From NCBI GenBank assembly GCA_051294375.1, contig CM119266.1:644240-708239 (forward strand): a stretch of 64,000 nucleotides of DNA, in the 5' to 3' direction. Within the stretch, counting starts at the first letter, position 1. Every line of letters begins with the position of its first letter. This stretch comes from Paraspadella gotoi (taxonomy: Eukaryota; Animalia; Chaetognatha). The position numbers and the translations under genes are program-made. Positions 24,961 through 37,234 of this stretch are shown here, piece after piece. The notes under the pieces are model-generated. The model was not told where the DNA came from and searched no databases. It saw only the letters and a list, made by a program, of their open reading frames with translations.

Positions 24961-25727
24961 GAGGAAAAACTGAGAGAAAAAAAAGATCATCGATTTTCGA
25001 TGTCGATAAACGTTTTTTTTTCTCTCTGGTTTTTGTTCATTAATTTTTTTCCTTCCAAATATCCTCATTATTATTTTTTATTGTTATTGTTATTTTTCGT
25101 TTCTTTGTTTGTTTGTTCTCTTAAAATAAATATTCAAATATGATGTATGATCATGATTTTAGTATTTCCCTTTGTTTCGTTTTTGAAATTTGTTTGCAAA
25201 GTAAAATAGATTTTATGGTGATAAAACAACGATTATTATTTATTTATTATTATAATTTATTAAATCGGACAGGTTCGTATTAAGAACCCAAACATTTCCG
25301 ATTTTAATAAATAATCATTGTTGTATCACCAAAAAATCTATTTTACTTTGCAAACAGGTGTATGATCAATAATACATTAAACAATTTGGTTAATGAAAAT
25401 AAAAAAAGCCACAGCAACGATCGTTTTTCCCGCGGCGGAAGCAACGACTCCGACCGCAGCAAAAGCGGCAGAGCAGCGCTGATCTAACGGGATCGACACG
25501 ACGACAGTGACTGAAAAAACGTTGAGTCAATTCAAACAAAGTAGATTGCTTAATGTTTACATACAAATTAAAAAGATAACTTTAACATAAAAATAATAAA
25601 ATTAGTTTATTCGCATGCAAATAATTATAATCAAATAAATAAGCCAGAAAGAAGAAATGCAGAAGTTAAAAAAAAATGTAGGAAGAGATTAAAAGAGCGA
25701 GAAGAAAGGAAAGAAAGTCTAAAACAT

Positions 25728-25990
25728 TCTATGAAATAGGTACAACCAATATAAAAATTATCCATTCATTTAATAAATAAGCTATCTTGCCCCTGACTTT
25801 GGACAGGCTTTGGTGGTTTAAGGCCTCCATCACTCTTACAAGATAATGACATAGCAGGTCCCTGCAAGCTTTCAATCAAGACTCTCTCACAGTCTCGTTT
25901 ATTCACTCCCAGAGTACCTGTCTTCCCTATCAATGAAGTGGTATAATGTTTCAAAGAATGTTTCAATTGTATGGAAAGACCACTACCTTA
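25728..25990 (-). mobile_element. Penelope-like element 3' end (GIY-YIG C-terminus plus conserved tail)
   Basis: Peptide HSLKHYTTSLIG...KRDCERVLIESL resembles the HS..l...i...R...E..wI..L tail of PLE GIY-YIG domains. The tail GATGGAGGCCTTAAACCACCAAAG...GGCAAGATAGCTTATTTATTAAATGAAT recurs at 51380-51512, ~62660-62770 and ~63120-63192. Confidence 0.6.
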
Positions 25991-26078
25991 AGTAAGTACT
26001 TTTTATAATTAAAATATTTGAATTACGTATCTTCATAGCTCTGCAGAGTATTTAGTTTTTCGTTCGTACGTCCCAAAC

Positions 26079-26250
26079 GTAGAAATTGTGGCGGTATATT
26101 CACACCGCCTCACGTCTACTTTGCGTTGGCAAAGCGAGACCGTCGTAGGGTAACCGCGCCAGTGACTGGAGGCGTCACTGAGGGTCGGAAGCCTCCAAAG
26201 CCAACAGTGAGATGCCCGATCCCAATGGGCATCACAGGCAACCCGGCTGT
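26079..26250 (+). ncRNA. Putative structured RNA element with nested stems and a pseudoknot (unidentified)
   Basis: Complementary pairs: GGCGGT/ACCGCC, GTTGGC/GCCAAC, GACC/GGTC, CAGTGAC/GTCACTG (its loop TGGAGGC is complementary to the downstream GCCTCCA) and GATGCCC/GGGCATC; plus a GG-GTAA-CC GNRA loop. There is no expression evidence. Confidence 0.4.
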
Positions 26251-26417
26251 TTAATCAAGTGTAGGAAAGAAAGGGCGATATTAAACATCAATATTTTTTT
26301 AATATTTTCTCTATTTTGTTCTTTCTTTCCTTATTTTTTCTTTCTTTTCCTTTTTTCTATTTCCTTAACTCAATACTCTCCCAATATACTTCGGTTTCAG
26401 TCACTTCCTTTGCCTAA

Positions 26418-26464
<47 letters not shown>

Positions 26465-26466
26465 CG

Positions 26467-26547
<81 letters not shown>

Positions 26548-26744
26548 CTTCTTCTCGCTCTCTCTTTCTCTCTCTCTCTTCTCTCTCTCTCCGCTTTCGT
26601 TTCTGTTTTTTTCCTTAACTGTCGAGTTACTTCGATATAAAAATATCAATGAGTGGAGAGACAAAAGAATCAATAATAAAGAGAAAAAGAGAAAAAACAT
26701 CGAGAAAGAAAAAATAAAAAGATGATAGAGAGAATCGAACTCGA

Positions 26745-27005
26745 GAAGAGCAAAAAAAAGAAAGAAAGAAGAAAAAGAAAAAGAAAAAATAAGAAAGAAG
26801 CAAAAAAAAGGAAAGAAAGAAGGAAAAATAAAAAGAAAAAATAAGAAAGAAGCAAAAAAAAAGGAAAGAAAGAAGGAAAAAGAAAAAGAAAAAATAATAA
26901 AGAAGCAAAAAAAGAAAAGAAAGAAGGAAAAAGAAAAAGAAAAAATAAGAAAGAAGCAAAAAAAGGAAAGAAAGAAGGAAAAAGAAAAAGAAAAAAATAA
27001 GAAGT
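26745..27005. repeat. ~53-bp A/G-rich tandem repeat x5
   Basis: Recurring AAGAAAGAAGCAAAAAAAAGGAAAGAAAGAAGGAAAAAGAAAAAGAAAAAAT. Confidence 0.8.
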
Positions 27006-27082
27006 CAAGAATCGAGGATCGAAAACAAAAGACTTTTTTTGTCTTTATTTTCCTCTTTCCCTTTCCACTTCTCGTCTTCCTT

Positions 27083-27402
27083 CATCTCTCCCTCAATTCT
27101 TTCTCGTCTTTCCTCCATCTCTNNNNNNNNNNNNNNNNNNNNNNNNNNNNNNNNNNNNNNNNNNNNNNNNNNNNNNNNNNNNNNNNNNNNNNNNNNNNNN
27201 NNNNNNNNNNNNNNNNNNNNNNNNNNNNNNNNNNNNNNNNNNNNNNNNNNNNNNNNNNNNNNNNNNNNNNNNNNNNNNNNNNNNNNNNNNNNNNNNNNNN
27301 NNNNNNNNNNNNNNNNNNNNNNNNNNNNNNNNNNNNCATCTCTCCCTCAATTCTTTCTCGTCTTTCCTCCATCTCTTCCTCGATTCTTTCTCGTCTTTCC
27401 TC
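27083..27402. repeat. 33-bp tandem repeat spanning the N gap 27123-27336
   Basis: CATCTCTCCCTCAATTCTTTCTCGTCTTTCCTC occurs on both sides of the gap. Confidence 0.8.
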
Positions 27403-27580
27403 CCTTCTCCTTCACCGTGTGGCGAACATAAAGGGATTTATTGCTTTTCTAACGTAATAACAGACAACGATGTCGACGACGACAACGACGACGATGACGA
27501 CAACGACAACGACGACCATGACGACAACGACGACGACGATGAGAAGTTGTCTTCGCAGCAAAATAGAATCCGATTATTGG

Positions 27581-27624
<44 letters not shown>

Positions 27625-28714
27625 TCCACCCATTTAATTCGATCTTTTTCGGTATTTATAAATTAATGGGTGAAAAATGGAACCTAATTAGAAACGGTAA
27701 TTAATTTTCACCTCATTCTCTCCAAAAAAACAAAAACAGAATTGTTAAACGGTAAATAAAATTTATACTTTTAAATTAAAATTATACTATATTATATGTA
27801 TAAATTTAAGAAGTATATTTAGAAATTAATAATTAAATAAAAGATTAAACTTAATAACTAAAACGCTCAATAGTTGGAAAAATAATTATCGAAAAACCTT
27901 TTCGCTATGACGTCTATAAATTTCGTACAACCAATAGAAGATCCCTTCTGATTTTAGACAAAAAGCCGACATGGCAAATGTCAAAAACTGACAGAAATGA
28001 GAAAACAAAGGATGACAATTGACGACAAAATTTTGGAGATGATCCAGAGACCGGAGACGAGCTCCTACCATTTCTCAGAAATCGGCTGCCAGAACCTAAT
28101 TTCACTTTTCTGATGTTAACTAATTTTTAAGTTAACATGTTAAGATGGGGTTCGCTGTGTTACCAATGGCCTTCAGTTACGCTTCAAAGTTAGTCTTTAA
28201 AAGATCATGCGGTGCCTTTTAGTTAATAGATAGTAATGTACTTAAAGTTTTAACCAATAAGTCTTTGGTGCCCTTGTCGTTGGTCTGATGCTGTGATACT
28301 TCACAGAAAATCTTCGCTTCTTCAAGACACGCGATCCTGTTTCGTATCTCCGTTTATATTCGTGCTGACGTCTGCGGAAGATTTCAAGACGCGGAATAAT
28401 CTCGAACGTTTGGCTTTGAACTCAAAAAAGGATTGAGGTAAATTAGTTATCTCCCACGGGAGATAATACTATATGTCAAGGCAAATTAGGTATCTTTGCA
28501 ACTCCAGGCCGTCGGCCTGTCACGGTATCTGCAAGATACTGTACATATATTATATAATATATAAGCAATTGTAGTAAATGTACAAGTGAACACTCGCCGG
28601 CACTCAAGTCAAAACTTCGTACCAGAATCCTTGGAATCTTAGATCCTACTCCCTTCCTTAGCCCTCCTCACACCCCCGCCCGGCCTTCTGTGGGAGTTCA
28701 TCACCTTGTAGGCG

Positions 28715-29240
28715 CGCTCGACATGCGCCCTCGCACGCCCCCTTTTCACAAATCAGGGCGCATGACCCTCAGTCCAGCCGCCTCTTCGCCCCCGTTCTCG
28801 CCTCAGCGCCTTTCGCCACCAGCTGAGGCCCGCCCGCCACCCGCTTCTCACGCCCTCAGGCCCTCGACAGCCCCACCGCCCCGCCTTTTCAACAATCTAG
28901 GCCTCGCCACCGTGCGCCGCCGCCCTTCTCACCCTCAGCCTAGCGTGCCGACCGCGCCGCCCGGGCCCCCCTTACTTCACCGCTGCAGCCCTCGACGCCC
29001 CATCGCCGCGCGCTTTTGCGACAATCAGCACCTGCGGCCTACCGACCGCCCGCCCTTCTCAACCCGTCAGCCCTCGCACCCGCCCGCCCCGGCCTTGCTC
29101 ACACCCTCGAGTCCTCGACAGGCGCCGTCCGCCCCCTTCTGGCACACCTCAGCCCTCGCCATCACGCCCGCTCCCTCTCTCAGCCCTCCAGCCCTCTCCT
29201 ACGCCCCCGCTTCCACCCTTCTCAAGCCTCGACCATCCAC
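28715..29240. repeat. Degenerate C-rich tandem repeat (CTCAGCCCTCG..CCGCCC..TTCTCAC-like units)
   Basis: Recurrent CTCAGCCCTC/CCCGCCC words; this explains the Pro-rich ORF 28690-29466. Confidence 0.6.
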
Positions 29241-30139
29241 CGTCACAAGCGTCTCAACTTTCTTTTCTCCTTCGGCTGCCAATTTTTTCTCGCAAATAAA
29301 AGTCAAATTTTTTTTATTTGAAAAAAACGATTCGGCGGCGGGAAGCCTTAGCTTCGCTTCGCTCCGGACACCGGGATTATTCCTTGTTAATATTCTCATT
29401 TCTGTCGTTGTGATTAAAGGGAAAGTTGCAGCAAACATTAAATTCGTTGTTTCCAAATATAAATAAAGAAAAAATGACATAAAATTAAATAAAATATCGA
29501 TTATTGAGAATTTACATTCCTCATCGATTCAGTTGACTTTTACCAAACGACATCCGAGGGAATCGACAAACGGAAAAGACAATCGGTTCGGTGGAAGATT
29601 AATGAATAAATAATTAATAAATTTAGACAACACTCTAAATATTCAATGAAAATACTTTTTAACCGCGAGCATCCGATTCGGCACGACGCATTTCCTAATC
29701 TCATTTGGGCCCAAATTCATTCTCATGAGGCACAAGACGGCGCTGGATGCCGTCGGCTTTCGAAACAAAAGGGCATCGATGAAGAGATAAGTGAGTTGGA
29801 ACCGGAAACCCGTCTCTTTTAGATTTTTTGATTTAGGTCAGTCTGGCATTCTTTTTGTCCAGTTTTTATAATTATCTCTTCATATATTTATCTGTTCTAA
29901 TAATTAATTTGTTCAATCATTCATTTATTCATTCAATCATTAATTAATTATTTATTACCTAATTTATTTAAGTATTCATCAATTGTTTATTCATTCATTC
30001 ATACTTTCATTCATTTCATTGAGAGTCCAGAGCCTCAACTTCAGCCTTTTGAGCCACAGGCAGGAAATGCCAACCGCCGAGAGATATGACCGGATGCCCG
30101 ATGAAAATGTCATTCGCGGCCGAAAGGCGGAAGTAATTA

Positions 30140-30482
30140 TGGCCGAAACGGAAATGGATAAAGCCGGAAATGGTTAAAACCGGAAATGGATGAAGCCGGA
30201 AATGGATGAAGCCGGAAATAGATGAATTAGGAAATGGATGGAACAAGTGTAGCAGAATAGATTGAAATAGAAATAGTTGGAACTGGAAATGGCTCAAGTA
30301 GTGAATGAAACAAAAACGGATGAAACCAAAAATGAATTCGTAAATGGATCAAATGAAAAATGGATGGAAATAGAAATAGATAGAACTGAAACTTTATACC
30401 GGAAATTAATTGAACCGGAAGTACTTGGAACCGGATATATACATAACCGGGTAAATAAAATGGGAAGTGGAGAGAACCGGAT
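30140..30482. repeat. Degenerate ~16-bp repeat built on CCGGAAATGGATGAA
   Basis: CCGGAAAT(G/A) words recur over 30150-30240 and in decayed form to 30482; a (TA/TAA)n tract follows at 30497-30620. Confidence 0.7.
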
Positions 30483-30538
30483 GTATATTTTATTGTATAA
30501 TATATATATAATATAATATAATATAATATAATATATAT

Positions 30539-30588
<50 letters not shown>

Positions 30589-31486
30589 TATAATATAATA
30601 TAATATATAATATATAATATCGAGAAGATGGGAAACAGGAAACAGGAAAACAGAAAAGTATGGAAGGCAAAATGGCAAATTGTAAAAAATTGTATAAAAT
30701 TATTCATAACTCTTTGATGGTAAAAACGAAACATAAAAATCGCGAACTAAATAGAGAACAACAACGAACATAATTCCTAAAAAGGATAAAACTCACGACA
30801 ATTTATTGAAGTCAGTCACACTGTTGTGTCACTTGAAACCGCAAAATGTATCGCCGGAAACGTGAAACGAGTCGGCGCCGGAAACCGACGTCGAATCGAG
30901 CAACTGGGAAATCGAGTTTCCCCATAAAACGAATGGAATCGTAAACCTGATGGATTCATAAACGAGATGGAACCGAAAGAGAGAGTCAGACTCTGGCCTA
31001 ATCGTTTTTTTTTTTCACAGAATCAGTTTCCATTTGGCGGCGAAGTGAGACCGATTCGTCTCGATGATGTCGTTCGACTGATTGAGTGATTGCCATTGGC
31101 ATTAGTGATTGGTGATTGTTTTGTACCCATTTACGATATAATGAATTAATGATGGACACAAGAGGCAACTCTGAATTACTACTGAAATTATTTGAACAGA
31201 AACTTTTTATCATTAACCTTTTACTTCTAATTATGTTCATTCTCTGTCTTTCTCTGTCTCTCTCTAACTCACACAAAATAACTTGTTACAATTCGTCCAA
31301 TCTGGGTGACGTTGATCGCCCCCGCCCGGATCGCCCCCCCACCTTTATTGTCGTTACCTCACTTTTTCAACTCCCGAAAATCTTTCTTCGTTTTCCATCT
31401 CGATTTCAACAGGAAAAAAAATTACGATTCTTTTTTTTTTTTCTCCTTTTGCCGAAAAACCTTTCACCCATTTGTAAAGTCAACGA

Positions 31487-31568
<82 letters not shown>

Positions 31569-31609
31569 GCTCCGTCGAACGTCGCTCGCCCTCGCCACCA
31601 TTGTTACAG

Positions 31610-31773
31610 GGAGAGATTGCGGTAATGGATATGGCGAACCATGGTGACCTCCGCCGCCGCGCCGCCCGCCGCCCGCCCGCCGCCACCCGCCGCCGCCGCC
31701 GCCGCCGCCGCCACCCCCCTTCTCCACTCCGCACGTAGTCGAGCAAATCTCCGGTCGCCGTTCGACGATCGAG
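31610..31773 (+). CDS. Candidate exon encoding a polyproline tract
   Basis: TTACAG|GGA... acceptor and GAG|GTTAAC donor. It reads GEIAVMDMANHGDL...(CCG)n PPPPPPPPPFSTPHVVEQISGRRSTIE with an apparent indel in the GCC tract. Confidence 0.3.
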
Positions 31774-33200
31774 GTTAACATCGGGTCGTGGATGGCGTAT
31801 CGGGGAGTGGTTCTTGCTAGTGGGCTTTTTTCTCCATAGTTGTGGTCTGTTGAGACGTCAAATTTTGGTGAGCATGATTTTCCGGTTTGTGAGTGATTAG
31901 TACTATAAGTAAAAATTAATAGATGCGATTTTTTTATTGTTTCTTGATTTTACGAATAAGTTTTCAACGTCGCCGTTTTCTCACTGTTCCCAGTGTTCCC
32001 TTCTATTGCCTGTCCCCTTCTTTCTAATCTCTTCTTTCCTCCATCCCTCGCTATCCTATTCACTCCTTCCCTGATTTTCTATCTCTCCCTTCCCACATCT
32101 TCATTCCCTCTCTCTCTCTCTCTTTCCTCCCTCTCTCCCTCTCCCCCTTCTCCCTTCTTTCCCTCATTCGGCGACATTTACCGACTATCGAAAGTCGATT
32201 TCTTAAACTCGGCGGAGATCAAAGGAGCAAAAAAAGAAAAAAAAAGAAAAAGAGAAAAAAAGTCGATTTTCGGAAAATAAGAGAAAAGATAAAATAAAGA
32301 AAAAGAAAAAAGAAAGAAGAATAATTGACACTTGTCAAAGACTCAAATAAAGAATATATCATACTGAATTAACAATTTATAATACAAATTATATTTTTCT
32401 TCTTCCCTTTCCTTACTTTTTTTTTATTTGCCTACGCCGAAACCAAAAGGTAAGTCTCGGACTTTTCTTTTTTTTTCTGAATGGTAGGTTTGCTTTCTGG
32501 ACGAGGGTAGAGACAGAAAAGTGGGTGATATTAAATAACTAAGATAGGTAAGAGAAGTAGAAATAAAAAAGGTTAAAAGTCGAGAAAATGAAGAGATTTC
32601 TGCGAGAAAAAAAACGAGAAAAATACGTAGATGTTGTATGCATCAGGGTAATTAATTTCATGTGATTTTACCAAATTGATCCGTCAGAGATTTTGATCAA
32701 TAGAAAAGACTTTTGCCAGAAAAATGGAAAAGAAGAAAAATACGTAAATTGCGAAAAACGTAAAACTGTAGTTTGATTCTGCGCCAAAAAGTAATGTTGG
32801 CGTTGACGCCAACTAAAGTCGTCATCGTCGTGTTCGTTCGTCGTCGTCATTTTCGTCGTCGGCGTTGTATTGCATCCAAAGATCTAATTGTTGACGTCAT
32901 GATTAATAAAAAATTCGTAAACATTTAAAAAACAAAAATCATAATTTTCTGAAAGGATATAAACTCGCGTACACTTTAATACCATGTCGATAAAGTTGTA
33001 GTTTTTTAAATTGCTTACCTGCCCGAGTGCTCCATCCCAAGGCCTGCCACTTCGACCATCTCGTCCAACCCCCCCTCCACAACCCTCCGCCCCTCTTCCA
33101 ACCCCCATCTCAAATCGGCCCCGTGATTTTCTCTCTTTTCATTGACTTCGACCGGAGAAAAAAAAGAGGCCGGACGACGGGGATGATTTACGAGGAAAGT

Positions 33201-33253
<53 letters not shown>

Positions 33254-33267
33254 TAGTAAGAGAGAAA

Positions 33268-33312
<45 letters not shown>

Positions 33313-33661
33313 GAAGAAAGAAAGAAAGAAAGAAAAGAGAAGAAGAAGAAAGAGAAAAGAAAGAAAGACAGACAGACAGACAGAGAGAGACGGCGTCCCC
33401 CGTCGGTCCGAAATGATGCGAGAAATGAAAGCCTGGGCGTGGCTTCCTTGACGTTCGCTAATCGCATCCGTGGGTTACGGTAATTATATTTCCCTCATCT
33501 TTCGTTTTATCGCTGGCGGGAATTTCATTTTTTTGCGCAGCTTGATTAAAACTCGTATCATTTTTATTACGCGAAATTTGTTTTCATATTTTAATAAACA
33601 AATTGAGAAGTTTTTTCTGATTGATGTTGCAATGTTGGACTCCTTGTAGGCAGTTTTCTAA

Positions 33662-33748
33662 TTGTTGTTGCTGTTTTTGTTTTTGTTGCTCTTGTCGTCG
33701 TCGTTGTTGTTGTTTTTGTTGTTGTTGCTGTTGTTTTTGTTGTTGTTC
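33662..33748. repeat. (TTG)n microsatellite
   Basis: Direct reading. Confidence 0.9.
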
Positions 33749-33814
33749 GCTTTGGTTGCCAATGTCTTCGTCCATCTGATCCTCATTTTCCTCTACACTT
33801 TCATTTCCCTTTCT

Positions 33815-34200
33815 TTCGACGTACGTACACTCTCGTCCGAGATTCAGTGCGTGCGACGCTGTCCGTACAGCGCCACGTTTTTCCTAGGTGGGGGCGTTCC
33901 AAGATCCTCTTTTTGCCCGTAACACTCGAAAAGGTTCTCCCTGTACGTGCCTTCTCCCCCTTACTAAGCGGCCGCTCGTACGTGCCCGGGGTGGAAAACG
34001 GGACTCGTCCGCTCGCTCGTGCGTGCGGGACCCGAAAATTTCGTGACTCCGTCCGCGAGCGTGCGGTCGTGGGCGCGCGTGAGTGCGAGCGTGCGAGCGT
34101 CGGAGGGAAGATTCGCTCTACTTTCCCTCGAGTTCCGACGAAATCTCGTCTCGACGATGAGAAGCGCAATTTCGTCGCCATGGCAACGGAGGTTGGGGTC
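33815..34200. promoter_or_regulatory. CpG-rich promoter-like island with RFX X-box
   Basis: High CpG density; GTCGCCATGGCAAC at 34174-34187 matches the X-box consensus GTNRCC(N0-3)RGYAAC. Confidence 0.5.
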
Positions 34201-35829
34201 CAGTCACGTTTTGGAGGGAAAAACCTATTAGCTGAGGGAAGTAATCTTAGTCTTGGAAAGACAATCTTTACTTATAGGTGACCCGTTGCAACTTTTTATA
34301 CTAGAACAGTTTTAAGCTAAATACAAATTAATCATTAAATGAAATATTCGGAGACCAATTTTTCAGAGTTTATTTTTCAGCGTGAGGACGGCCGTCAGCC
34401 GCCTTGGGGGCGTGGCAACCCCTCATTCATAATAGTACTGAAATTTGCCAAATTGGATGCTAAGAGGAGCTTTGGCCGAAATCTTTATCTATTAAATCTT
34501 TAATTTTTCGGTTTTATTTGTTGGCAAAATTCTGGAAGGCGAGTAAAGCCACAAACATTCCCACAATAACAACAACAACGACAATTAATCACAATGGAAG
34601 ACGTCTTACGCCATCTAAATGATCCCGTGAACTCTACATGTAGCAAAGACCAAAGATCGAAGAAGACTCTCTCTCGTTCTTCTCTTCTTCTCTAATTATC
34701 TCTCTTTTCCTTTCCTTTCCTTTCCTTTTCTTTCCTCTCTTTTCTTTTCCTTTCCTCCTCCCCCCCTGTTCCGTTTCTTTTATTTTTCTTTCGATGTTTC
34801 TTGACTCTCACCTCTTCAACTGTTCGACTTTTTTCCTTCTCGCCTTTCCCCTCTTTTTTTACTTCTTATTAACTTTTCTCTTCTATCTTTCACTTATTTC
34901 CTTTTCTCCCCTTTTATCCCTTTCGCCTCTCTCCTTTCCTCCTTATCTCCCTTTTTTCTTCTCTCCTTTCCTCCTCTCTACTTCTCTCTCTTTTCCTCCA
35001 TTCTTTTCCACTTATTTTCGCCATTTCTCTTTCGCTTCGATCTCTTTTTTTTTCCTTTATCGCTTTTTGTTTTTTCAGTTTTTTTTTCTCTAATTTTTCT
35101 GTTCTTTTATTTTCTTTTCTTTTCTATTTTATAATTTTTGTGTTCTTTTCTTTTCTTTTCTTTTCTTTTCATTTTTCATTTTTCTTCTCTTTTCTTTTTC
35201 TTTTTTTTTCTTTCTTTTTTTTTTTCTTTTCTTTTCTTTTCTTTAATTTTTCTTTTCTTTACTTTTCTTTTCTTTTCTTTTTTTAAATTTTTCTTTTCTT
35301 TTCTTTTATTTTCTTTTTTTTAATTTTTCTTTTTTTTTCTTTTCTTTTCTTTTCTTTTCTTTTCTTTTCTTTTCTTTTCTTTTCTTTTCTTTTTTACTTT
35401 TTCCCTTTCTTTTTATTAACCCCGTTTTCGCGTCCCTATTCTTCATTGCGTCTCTCTTCGTTCAGAACTCAATCCGTCTGTCCCTCTGCGCCCAAAAACG
35501 GATTTCGCCTAAACCAAATAAAAACAATAAACTTATCCTTCATTGGAGAAACTGGCCAAGAAACTTGTAGCTTCCTCTATTGCTATATCTTCTGGAACCC
35601 TAAAATAAAATTATGCCATTTCTATATCGATATCGTTACGTGAGTTTTCTAACACTACACTTATATATTTATTACAATAAATAATAACATTTCTATTTAG
35701 TTTACCTTTCAGATTTTGTATAATCTTTCTATATTGTTAAATATTTTTTAACCCCATTTTTTTGTATTTATTTTACTACTTTCCTTTTCATTTTTTTCCT
35801 CAACTCTTTCGACGACTCCCTCTTTATCT

Positions 35830-35996
35830 TGTTCTTCCTCCTCTTCCTCCCATTCCTCCTCCTTTTCCTTCTCCTCCTTCTTTTCCTTTTCCCCCTTCTC
35901 CTCCTATACCTTCTTCTTCTCCTCTTCCTCCTTCTCCTCTTCCTTCTCCTCTTCCTCCTTTTCCTCTTTCTCCTTATTTTCCTCTTCCTTCTCCTT

Positions 35997-36035
<39 letters not shown>

Positions 36036-36106
36036 CTTCTCCTCTTCCTCCTACTCCTCTTCCTCCTTCTCCTCTTCATCTTCCTTCTCCTCCTCTTCCT
36101 CCCCCC
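35830..36106. repeat. (CCT/CTT)n trinucleotide low-complexity tract
   Basis: Direct reading; source of the poly-P/L/R ORFs. Confidence 0.9.
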
Positions 36107-37234
36107 ACCAGGGACGTTAGATGAAGCCGAACCAAAAAAAGAAAAAAAACTTTCAAAAAATGTGCTAAAAAAGCATTAAAAAGGAAAAAAAAAAGCGAAA
36201 TAAAAAGAGAAAGAATGAAAGTCGTCGACTGATAAAGGAACTGAGGAGAAAATCGATCTCGGCTTTGTGAGTGGGGTGGCGAGGGGGGTGTGGCGGGGGA
36301 GAACGTTGGGTCGGTTTGTGGGGAGATGACATGGTTGGTTTGAAGGCCGCTCTAAGTCTGGCGATAAAATGATGCGGGGAACCCAAAAAAAAAGGATAAG
36401 TGGACACGAGCCAGTGGCTACCCCTCGATTGGGACATTGAAGAAAGGTTGATTGTTGATTGTGGTTTGTTTATCTGTTTAACCCCCTTTCTTCCTCCCTC
36501 CCTCCCTAACTCCTTCTTCCTCCCTCTCTCCCCCCCTTGTTCCGACCTCACATCCGGTTCGCTTCTCGAAACCGGAAGTTTTCCCTTCGATTCGCGTCGT
36601 CGCCGCTGACGTCGTCGGCCGAAGAGAAAAAAAAAAAGAATAAATAAAAGAGAAATGAAAGAAGCATAAATCTCAGACGGGAGGGTTCGCGCTGTAGCTG
36701 TATCGAATACACGGCATTCCTCCTCGAGCGATTCCATAGTGCCTGTCGAGGATTGACAGCGCATTTCTTCAATAGTCACACTGAATTCTTTCGCTAATCA
36801 TTATCACACTCGTGATTGCGAACTGAAACGGTCTGTAATAAGGCTTGTGTCTTCATCGTCCAAAAATATGATTAGTGGTTAATCTACCAAAAACGCGAAT
36901 TTCTTTATGAAATTGGTACAACCAATTTAAAAATTATCCTAATCAAGTTTATACGCGAAAAATCGCGTGGCAACCTTTAACTTATCGTCAAAGTTGCTAT
37001 GCTGAAAACAAGACCAAAGATTGAACTTAAAACTAATCAAATGATCTACACGCACTCGACAACTGTACACTTGACCACCGCGCACTCAATCACAGCGCGC
37101 TCGACTACTGCGCGCACGATCACCCCGCACGTAAACGCACGCATCGCAAAGACGACTCGATCTTTTACACCTGAACGGAGTTGATGCATCACGGAAGAGA
37201 GAATAATCGGAGACCGTCACGCATCGAAGCTTGG

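Noticed and set aside
27955-28437. Possible + strand exons (..KLTEMRKQRMTIDDKILEMIQRPE..; FGALVVGLML.YFTENLRFF..|GTAAAT)
   Set aside because: In-frame stops, ambiguous frames and no recognisable family; not supportable without transcript data.
28690-29466. 258-aa Pro/Ser/Ala-rich ORF
   Set aside because: Non-ATG start, and it coincides with a degenerate C-rich tandem repeat.
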